Below the pieces are notes generated by a model. The model was given only the letters and a program-made list of their open reading frames with translations. It was not told where the DNA came from and searched no databases. Positions 34,305 to 45,225 of a stretch of DNA of 64,000 nt are shown piece by piece (position 1 is the stretch's first letter; the number at the start of each line of letters is the position of its first letter). The translations under genes were made by a program, and so were the position numbers. The stretch comes from Torpedo marmorata (taxonomy: Eukaryota), in the NCBI GenBank assembly GCA_977017645.1, contig OZ360224.1, positions 44,702,001-44,766,000 on the forward strand. Direction: 5' to 3'.

Positions 34305-37300
34305 CCTAAAAAGATGTGATGTAGTCGAACGATTTCTATCCGTGCAAAAATGAGAAGGACTGGGTCTTCAATTTCCAGTTATTTTACCACAATTCTTGTC
34401 ATTTTACAACATTTATTGTGCTCAGTAAAGAAATGCAGGTATCTTAGACGAGGGAATACTAACAAACTGCGCCTTGGCTATCCTCAGAGGCCCAGACTGG
34501 GCCGAGATGATTATATGACAGAGTTTATATGGGTTACTGAATAACATCAAAAGTATATTTTGCATTATCATGGCGGGATGAAAAAAGTAAAAGATAAACA
34601 TGAAGCAAACACTAAGCGGTCCTCTTATCTTTGACCCTTCAGGAAAGTTTTGCATGCTTCTCATGTCATGTCTTTTAAACTGGATTCAATGGTTGGTTTG
34701 ATTTTCGTCACTATTTGCGTGGGAACAATGCCAAGAAAAAAAAGACAATAAAATAGAACTTCCTCGGTAAAACCTCGTAAAATATGCAAACGTCGGTATT
34801 TTCTGAAATAAAAATTAGATTAGGGTAAAGATGAAACGTGTCGGCATTTGTTGACAAAATTAAGACATTTAGATTACAACGGTTTTACCCTAAAATCTTA
34901 TTACGACTTCAAACTACGGATTATTTGGTTAATTGAAAATGAAAACAACACTAAAGTCTGTCAGAATTAATCATAATTCGGCGAAAAGAATTTTACCCAG
35001 GAGGGGGAACGAGAGTAACGTGATTGATGTTAATTTACCATGATCCCGAACGATGCATTTCGGTCTTATAATCAAGTCCATTATCATTTTCGATATCTTT
35101 GTCGATATTATCCTTTTCTTTTCAACATCAGTCTTATATAAGAACAGATTAGTTGTTTTTTTTTAGTCAATTACCAATTGAATGAAACATTAAAAATAAT
35201 ATAATTATTATTTCGATGTTAAAATTTCCAGCGGATAACATCTAAAAGATAAGCACGATGCTGGTTGTTAAAGGTGAGCGGCAGTTTTTTACTAAGAGCA
35301 AAGGGAAGTGAATTTTAACCAAATAAGAATTTCTTGCCGTAGGCTGAGAAACGATGTTGATATGTTGAATTTTCGATCATTGAGCGCTTCAAGAGAACGG
35401 GGTCTAATTGTTTATCCCCACCCCACATTCCATGATCTTAAACACATGCTTGAATCAATCACTTGCCCCGCTTTTTATACGCTCCCAGCAATATCGACCA
35501 AACAGTGAACCAGATTTCTCGCTATGACGATTAATGTATATTACAGATACTCTAAGGTCTAAAATCACATAGATGCATCACTTCAGTGCATGTTCGCACG
35601 GAAAGTCTAACTCCCGTGACAGTAGCGTAATGTAGATTCTATCTGCCGTCAAGTAATCCAGACTGATAAACATTGCCAAACGTTTCTGTGCTGCTGACTC
35701 GTTTAAATTACAATGGCCGGATTAAATATGACGCATAGTTTTGTTTTTAACAACAGTAGCACTCCTTTCGAATCACCTGTGGATTTATACAAATAAACAA
35801 CTTTTTTGCAACCAACCATGAACAACTGGCCCAAGTTCAGCACAGAGATTTTATGTCGCGATTTAAATGTGTGAAAACGCTCGTATAGGTCGTGCGAAAA
35901 CATTATAAGACATTCACTGAGATATCTCTTCCCCCACCTGCCACACCCACCAAATTGCTATAACCACCTTGCTCTTCATCGAACATACATCAGAATCTGG
36001 CTAATTACAAACATAAAATATTAACACGCCACCTAGCAAATATGTCGATTTGGATTCAAGGATCCATGCCTATAGTTCGTTGAATTTGAAAGCGGGTAAC
36101 TTGAAATATAGAGGGGGCAACGCTGCATGCACGGCGTAAAAAGACGAAATGCAAGGGGGATACGTTCCGTAAACTGTTTGTAAACGTACACGCGTTTCCT
36201 TTCGCAATTTGTTAAAATCCTGCTGTTCGCATCCCTTTAAAGCAAAGAGTCTGGTAATTAAAAGTGTGAGTTGTTTTTCCCTCATTTCCGCGTGCATTTC
36301 TAATTAAATCTTTATGATACTCTCTGTGACTATTAACTGCCAACATGCTGCGTGAATATCCTCAACAAAACCCAGCAGGCGCCGATAATTAGATAGAAAA
36401 TCAAAGTAGACCTTTCTCATTAGCTACACAAACTTCTCCTGAACATTTTGCTGAAGTGGTTTACTCTAAAGCTCATCTCAAAATATTTTTCCAAAATTAT
36501 TGCCTGAAGGAAACGCGCGCATCTTAAGTGATAAAAAATATGACTGATTAAATGCATGCGTGATAATTCATATTTCCATCTATTTAACGCTAACATTAGT
36601 GATTCAAGCTATTTGAATTCGATGCCATGATATTTCTTTTCACTTTGCATGTTATCATCCCATTGTCTATTGTCTTTGAAAGACAAAAACACGTGTCCAA
36701 AGGACACGTGGATATCGCCACGCTCTGTTAACGTTGTTTCCGCCAAGTAATAATAAATCGCATGCACTGGATTTAAAATGTATGCTGAAAAACAATTAAT
36801 TTCTGTATGTAATAACGTAAAATATTATTGGTGGTTACACTTTGTAGACCGACTATGACCGCGACGCAAATATTTTAAAATAGTGAAATAAAATGCAGTA
36901 TTAAAGACATGGTGATAAACGAAACTCTTGCACGAAGTTTGAAGGGATAGTAAACTGACAACCCTCTATTTTCTTCATATATCTCAGATCTTTGGGTAGG
37001 GAATCTCTTTTCGAAGTTCTTAAACTCTTGAGTATGTTCTTTTTTTATTATGACAAACGATTAAATTTATCAATCTAGGTTTTGGTCAGTTAAAACAGTT
37101 GTCGTGGGTGAAATATGCCTTTTCTCCAAAGCAAGTCTGGGTAAATGCCACAGTTGCAATTCGAATAAAACATCAGGTTAAAAGCCATTACATGAAGCAT
37201 CTATGATTATTTGAAGAACATACAGGAGTTAAATGCTCAGATGGTTACATATTACTTATTTTGTTTAACCAATGTAGATGTAAATAACTAAAACAGAAAC

Positions 37301-38210
37301 AAAGCTAATCATTTAAGAAATAATCGTGCGTGTCGTATGGTATTAACCGTCTGACGCTAAGGGTCAGATTATCACACGCATCTGAACACAAGAACGCATA
37401 ATAAGCTTTAGCAGTTGCACGATCACGATTTAATTAAAGATGTGGCAAGATTCTGTTCTGCCTTGTTCTAAATGGGTCAATATAGCATAAAGTAATTTCC
37501 AAAGTCTAGTCTCTAGCTGAGTGAATTTCTTCAGAATCTAATTTAAGCAAGGATACGTGCGCTTTTCCCAACATGATCAACTTAAGGTTCATTGTCTAAC
37601 AAATCGTGCAGAAATTTATGTTCCTGTTGAGAAATAAATAAATAAAATATCATAGATCTCCCAGCATATATTTACTTCAGTACTGAATTAACATTTTAAT
37701 TGCTCACTCCTTTAGTCAGTAACATTTACGTTGGGTAAAAAAAAATAACAGTGTAGAGAAATCCATATATGTGTATTGCGCTATTACAGTGAACATGTAT
37801 CATGAATATACGTACGCATTATTGTATAATGCATGAAATATACATATGTTATTGCACTCGTATGTACGCGGTTGCATTTAACTGGATAAATGCGCCACCT
37901 GGAAAATTATTAAATTCAATTACATTACAAATATATGCTTTTGTTCATGTATTTGTTCTGTACGTTCTCCGCCATAACAAAAAAAAAAGCGCTTGGGTCC
38001 CAGATGTTAGGCAGCTTATTTTCTGATAACATGTAATTTTCGCGAATTTGATTTCCTCTGGTAATTTCTTCTTAGAATAATAAACCCTCAAACAGGTAAT
38101 ATAAATGGAAATAACAGATAGTCGATTTCGGTTGAGCTTGATTTATATACATGACTGTTTAATATCAAGTCAATTTGAATAGTGATATGACCTTTTTTAT
38201 ATATTAACAG

Positions 38211-38271
38211 GCTTTGGATGACACGGGTACCACTGGCATGAGTTTATTGGACCAATCCGTCATTAAAAAGG
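38211..38271 (+). CDS. tfap2b: Transcription factor AP-2 beta, exon 3 (61 nt)
   Basis: Acceptor TTTTTTATATATTAACAG; translates [20 protein letters not shown] plus G, compared with human [21 protein letters not shown] from memory; donor AGG|GTATGG, phase 1. Confidence 0.93.
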
Positions 38272-40864
38272 GTATGGAATATATATAAAACAAATTAAAA
38301 TGCATGGTTAAGTTGCTTCGTCAATATGTTGTATTCCACTAACCATGCAGAATGAGCCTTCTTAGGCATATATGTGTAACCTTATATTGATATTGTCTAT
38401 TAAATTCATTGATTTCAGAACCATCAAGGAGTACCACTTCATAGATTGCGTAATTGTACTCGTGTTCGCTGAAAAAAAAACACCCACGTCTTGGTTTGGC
38501 AACAATATGCTGACTTTTTTAATTTAGTACATAAAATATTAGTTCAGATATTTTTTCTGGGTCTGGGGAACGGAGCGCAGGTAGCACAAGCGGAAACTGT
38601 ACATTCTTTCTTTAGGGTCACAGAGCCCAATGCACTGACGTGTTTGTGTCTAGCCCTTGCACATACAGCAGGCAACGAGGCTTCTCTAATTTTTTGAGAA
38701 ACATTTCCTAGTGAACCAACACAGGAGTTTATGGATATGATAATACACGTTAATTGGAACATTTTGCAGTTATTTACCAAAAATAACATAGCAACTTAAA
38801 ATATATTATTCCATCAAAAAGTTTCAAATTACAAATGAAGCTCATCTTGGAGTGAAATATATAAACAAGGGGTTAGATTGGCTGATGGGCGAATTGGTGG
38901 CTGGATCGATGCAAGGTCAGATGGAACATTGCAAATGAGAGGAATTGGCAGGTTGACATTCATTAGACAGAATTATCTTAGTTTCCGTCGATAATTATCG
39001 GAGACTGATAATTTTAAAATCTGAAATAAAGTTTGGTTGAAAATCCGGGTGACTATAACTAATCTTTTCGGATCAATCTAAAAATGCATGCAGCTTTTGA
39101 ATTAAGATTGAATGCATCGTGACATTGTCGTTTATTGGTATTATAATATAAATACTTATTGTTTACATTTTTGTTTGCTACTTTATCGCATGCGATAACA
39201 TTATTTTTTGAGTGAACAACTTGGTCGTGTTGTGTAATCCTGACATAACATTGCTGCAGATGACTTAGCAGCCACAACATTTTGAAATACTGTAACCAAA
39301 AAAAAAAGACGTTCCCATTGGAATCGAAAGTATCAACTTGTCTTGATGCAGTTTCATTGGGGTTGTTCATTGTACTATGTTTTGCTGGCTGTATTTGGAA
39401 AAGGGCTGGTGGCTACCTGTTTTGTTTTCATTTAGCTGTCAAAGATCTGTCCATGGGTGATTTGCTCCGCCTTCTTTGATGGTCTCATGCTCTCAGCATT
39501 GTATTTTGTTCTCTCTCTCTCTCTCTGACGGCGGTTTTTTTTTGTGTATGAGGCCGTTGATTTCCTGGTTGCATTCACACCGGAGTTTAAGTTCTGTTCT
39601 AATTTGTTCCTCACAGTTGTGCTTGAATCCCTTGAGTTATGCCACGCCGGTTTCCGGCACAAAGTTACCAACAGAGTCGTGCTTCCGTTTGATCTCCCCC
39701 TCCCCCTCTTCCATTTTGTTTTTGTCTCAGGTCTGTGTGTGGTAACCTGTTCCAATGTGTTGTGATTTTTCTGACATTCTCTGCACCTTGCTATCTCAAT
39801 GCAAGCTCCATGAACCATGTACAGGAAAACTTCCCAATTTCTCCACGTCTGATCGATCAGCCTGCTCCAATCTCCGTTAGCAGGATAAAAACACACACAC
39901 ACACACACAACCACACAACCACGAGGGACAGAAACGGTATGTGCTCAGTTGTCATGGCACCAGGTGAATACAAAGAGACACCATATCAGCTTAGGCTGCG
40001 TATATGATTTTCAAAGTGATGTGATGGCTGTAATTTCCGCTGAGCTTGAACTTGGTGTGATTGAGCGCATTTTTGCGGGCAACATCCAGTCAAATACTTA
40101 TTGAAAGTGTTCAAGGAAAATGCCAAATTTTAAAACGGCGATTGAGCATTATTTCTGCAACTTTTTGGATTTAAAATATGCTTTTGAATATACTGTAACT
40201 AGGTGATTTTAGGTTTTTAGATTTATTTTAATTCTGTATAAAGGCTGCAGTTACTGGGTTTGGAATCAGAAAAAAAGGTGAAATCTTCCCTTTGCAGCAA
40301 GAGTACTTTCCGGACATATTTCATTACCGCGGCTAAGCTCCAAAGTAGATTTTTAAAATATCCAATGCGCCCAGACTAAAGTCTGACGATTTTTTTTAAG
40401 AATGGTGATCTGTATCTCAACCTAACTGACGCAGATAAGTAACGACACAAAGACAGCTGCGAGTTATTACGGCTACTAAGTTCTTCCAGAGTTATCTTTT
40501 CTTGTACCATTAAGTTTCTTCAGAAGTACAGGTCATTACCAGTCCAATAATTTCCCCCCTTGACACGTTTTGTAACCGTTTTCTTTAGAAACAATGTCCT
40601 TAACCCAAAAAATGGCCTTTTAAGCAAAATTACAAGAAAGGCAACCAACTTCATTTGCTGAGGAAGTTGTTTTTAAACATTGAAAGGAAGATGAGCGATC
40701 AGTCAGAAAAAGTCCCCGAGGTAATTATAGCGTGGAGTAAACAAAGAAGTTCCAAAATATAGTAAAGTCCACTGCAGTACAATCTTCACAAAGGTTACAC
40801 TTTAGAAACTACCTCCTAGCTGAAACAGTGTTCGTCGTGAGAATGTTAAATTACCATCAGACTT

Positions 40865-40985
40865 AAAGGTAAAAAAAAGGTAAAGGTTCCATTATTGTCA
40901 CGTAATACTACATTTAGAATGTAACATACATGAAATTCTTTAATATTGTCTACCGTAAGGAAGACAGAGTCGCCACTTTGTCCAG
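40865..40985 (-). mobile_element. Short LINE 3'-end fragment (Rex1/Babar-like tail)
   Basis: AAAGGT-repeat tail followed by ATTATTGTCA, the same architecture as the other Rex 3' ends in this window. Confidence 0.4.
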
Positions 40986-41464
40986 ATATCCAAAAGTTCC
41001 CTTGTAGGACAGTGAAATAAGCTGAACTTCGTGTTATTTCACACTCTCGCTTAAGGATATTTCAATTTGCGGAGCATAAAGAAGAGAGTTACTTTCGACC
41101 TGAATAAATGCACATGAGTTTGTACGGCTATCTTTCTCTGTATCGAGGGGAGGTCTTCGCCGCCTTCCCCATTTCGATGCAACAGTAATTCTTAACTAAG
41201 CATTGCCAAAAACAATCAAACATTTGAAGTAAAGATAGTTTCGCTATACGCAGAAATAAAGATACGTTCACAAGGTAGACTGGAAGGAATTCTATGGCAC
41301 GATCACAATCATTTACGACGCGGTAGAAACCAGTCGGTCCTTCATGTCTGTATCTGTCCAAAAAAAAACCACCCAGACGAATCCCCCTTTCACTTAGTCG
41401 GTAACCCTGAGCCCTGCAGGATACAGTATATCGTCACAAAAACAAGAGGATATAATAAATATTT

Positions 41465-42172
41465 CAATACACAAAAGAGCTGGAGAAACTCAGCAGGTCA
41501 CGCAGCGTTCTTTGTGTAGCAAAGATATATAATCAACGTTTAGGGTATGAGCCTCTCCATTCAGAGGCTACACCCCCACCCATATCCACCTATTGCCTCT
41601 TGCCTGTGGGCCTGTGCTCCTCCCCCTGCCCCCCACCATTTTATTCAGGAGCTTGTCTGCTGTTTGCTCATATGAGCAAATAAAATGGTGGGGGGCAGGG
41701 GGGAGCACAGGCAAGAGGTAATAGTTGGATATGGGTGGGAGGGCAGAAGAGAAAAAAACTGGGAAGCGAAAGGGGGGGGTGTAGCCTCTGAATGGAGAGG
41801 GAAGGGAGCGGGGAGGGGGAGGAAAGGAAACAGAGGGATGAGAGAGAGAGAGAGAGAGAAAGAAAGAGAGAGAGAGAAGGAAGAGGGACCTAATGGAAAT
41901 AGGAAAAGTCAATGTTAATGCCACCTGGTTGGAGAGCGCCCAGACAGAATATCAGGTGCAGAATTGAAATGGTTGACCACTGGGATATCCACGCTATTGC
42001 AGCAGACCGAGCAAAGGTGCTCAATGAAGCGATCTCCCAGTCTGCGTCCAGTCTCACTGATGCGGAGGAGGTCACAACCGGAGCATCGGATGCAGCAGAT
42101 GACCCCTGTAGATTCACAAGTGAAGTGTTGCTTCACTTGGAAGGACTGTTTGGGCCCCAAATGGTGGTGAGA
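41465..42172 (-). mobile_element. Penelope-like element fragment with an internal inversion (fold-back)
   Basis: ORF 41915..42160 reads QVKQHFTCESTGVICCIRCSGCDLLRISETGRRLGDRFIEH (degenerate GIY-YIG); terminal repeat at 41465-41552; inverted arms 41552-41645 and 41678-41800. Confidence 0.85.
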
Positions 42173-45024
42173 AATATATTATAATATATTACATTAAATA
42201 TATTGATATATATTATAATAAATAAATTGATTGTGTGCATTCATGTTTTTAATGCAGCATACAACATTCATGGTTTATATTTCACGTTTGGATAACATTA
42301 ATGTAATGGGTATTTTTGATAAATTTAGTTCCCCTCTGGTGGCTTCATTTAGTTTTACACAAATGCTGTTTGATTATGTGATCAACATTTCAGGAAATCT
42401 ACTCTTCCATACAAACTTTATCCATAACCCGAGATTGTCTTATCAAAGAACTAGTTAAATCCTGTGTTTTGAAGGGTTATCTCTAAATTTACCAGGCCTG
42501 ACTTTAGCTTAGCAGATGAGGTAAAAGTTCCTCAAAGCTGGTTGGACAGGTGACATGAGTTAAGTGGCACAGAAGGAGATATTCCTATGAGGCACATCAA
42601 TGTTCTGAATTATGCTAATTGAGCAAAAGTTTAAACATTTTCCCAAACTCCAAAGCAAAACTATATCTTCACCAAAACACAGAATTTTGGTCTGCCTGGT
42701 TTGCCACACCGACAGGGATACAAGTGACAGTTGTTACTTTAATTGGTTAACAATGATCAAATAATTGAAGGATGTTCATGCGCAAACACATACCCACCCC
42801 CACCCCCCTCCCACCACCGCCCCACATCTGTCATCTAAGAAGCTTGTTAAATAAAGAAAGGACCAGTAGTGAAAGAGAAAGTGGGAAATAGCTAGAAAAT
42901 GATTGACAGGAAATAAAGAGTCAGGAAAATGCTGGAGCCAAGTTGAAAGTGGTGTGCCACAGACTGCATGGATACTATTCTTTTATTCCCAGTGTACAAA
43001 AAAATACATCAATCATGAATGTAACGAAAATAAAGAAAAGTAGATTGTGCTTGTTTTTTATGTGCAAAACTGGTAATATGCACTTCTCAAAAGAATTTGG
43101 TCAAAATGACTAAGAAAAAGGTTATTTAGCACCTCAAATCTATTTTGTTATTCAATGAGACCATGGGTCACTGTTACCATTGCTTATATTTCTTCAGATA
43201 ACAGAAATGTATCCATTTAAGATTTGAGAATAACAGTTGACCCAGCATATATTCTATTTGCAGAAGAGAACTGCAATATTTTACACCCTTTTGCTTACAG
43301 AAGTATTTCCTTAGTTTACTCCTGTGAGAGCTGGCTCCATTTTGGCAATGCTTCCCAGTCTGAGACCAGCCAGAGAGTGGAATGAGTTTTGCTTTAAGCA
43401 CTCCATCAGTTTCAATCGACAACTTGAAACTGATCAGAGCACTTCTTGAATTTCTATGATCCAGAGAAGGCAAACCTTCATTTTCTAAGCTTTCTTTATA
43501 ATTATAACACCAGAGTTCAAGTACAACTACCCTCTCTCGAAAGCTAATATTTTATTCTTTAGGCATTCTGCATAGAGCTGTTCACAATTCTTCAGGTGTG
43601 CTCTAACAAAAGCTTTATACAGCCAAAGCTTACTCCTTTGTAAACCCAGTTTTTATATTCTGCAGTCTTCTTGATGTAAAGATTAGAATTGCACTTGACT
43701 GTTTATCAATACATATGAATCCAAGTGCCTTTGGGCATCCCATTTTTTCGAGATTTTCAGTATTTATAAGACACTGTTACACATTTTTAAAGTCCATGGT
43801 AGATGACTTAAAATTGTTTCACCTGAAATGCATTTGCAAAACATTTGTCCTTTCACTTAATGTTTTCACAAGGTATTCATGATACTACCCATCTTTATTT
43901 CATTGGACAACTTAAATAATACAGCTCACTCTCTCATCAGCTACGTTGTGCATGAAGACAGTGTGCTCTTGAGGGTCCCTATAGATCCCATGAATAGTAC
44001 TAGTTGCATACTGCAAATTAGAAAAGTATGATCATGTCACTGTCTCCTAGCACTTAGCCAATTTCTGGACAGGGTCAAAACCTTGCATCAATTTCAAATG
44101 TTTCATCCAGATGATCATCTGTTTTCATGTACTTTTTGAAATTCCTCTGGAAACCTAGATAAATAAGATTTCCTGGAATTCCCTTATCCAATAATTTAGT
44201 TGTCATTCCAAATTTTTAATCAGATATGTCAGTCATGATTTATCATTTATAAATTCAGTCTAGCTGAAAATGTTCAAGGTGTTCATTCACTTCATCCTTA
44301 ATTATTGATTCACAACAGAAGTAAGTCAAACTGATCAATAATTCCCTCTGTCATCTTTAAGATCAAGAGGGATTCAAGGTTTTGCAATTCAAAGGAATGG
44401 ATCCCAGATCATGAAACTCTGTTAGATTATACCAACACCATCCATGATATGTTCAACTAATCCTGTTAAATCCCTTCAATGGAAATCCTCCAGACATTGA
44501 TAGATTATAGCATAGATTTGCTTTATTTGCTTCTTTCCTTTCTATAAATTTTAGCAGCAAGAAAAGACTTAAAAATAATATTTTATGGGAAAATTCTAGA
44601 GTCTGTTAAAGAAATTGTTTTCTTTTAGTAGCACAGCTGCAAGACGTGAGAACCAAGGCCATGCTGTTCTCGAAACTCATGCTAGATGTTTTGCTGAAGT
44701 CTGCAGAATACAGGTCATGTGAATAGTCATGAACAGGCTGTAGAATGGGAAGCTAAACCATATAAAAAGGCTTGTGCCCATCTGCGTATGGGCTTTCTTG
44801 CAGAAAGACACTGTTGTAGGTTACAACAGGTCTTCTCGTGTAACAGAGCACCCGCTTTGCAAAGCTAATAAAATTGTGTTGTACTCTCATTAGTTGTCAT
44901 ACACTTCTTTATATTTGATTTAAGTTAACAACATCTTTGAGTGTCATTATTTTACTTATTATTCTTGCTTTCTTTAAAATAATTTTGGGAAGACATATTC
45001 CCTGGTTTAAAATCACTTTAATAA

Positions 45025-45225
45025 AAACTGAAAATGCTGGAAAGCAAAACAGACAAAATTATTTGAAAGAGAAACAGTTATTGTTTCAGATCTGTTTTAT
45101 CAGATCCTGGTGTCTTAAGTGTCAAAATCAAAATAAAATCTGTGGAAATCTGAACTCTGTTCATTAAATTCTCTCCACAGATGCTGCCTGTCCTGCTGAA
45201 TATTTCCAAATTTGTTTGTTTCTAT
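45025..45225. mobile_element. Old, degenerate Penelope-terminus fold-back remnant
   Basis: AAACTGAAAATGCTGGAAA on the left, and TTCTCTCCACAGATGCTGCCTGTCCTGCTGAATATTTCCA on the right in the opposite orientation. Confidence 0.45.

Noticed and set aside
34082-34309. His-Thr repeat ORF
   Set aside because: Translation of the (CA)n microsatellite.
39735-40007. ORF containing CYLNASS, resembling AP-2 exon 4 ECLNASLL
   Set aside because: Only four residues match and the flanking invariant AP-2 sequence is absent.
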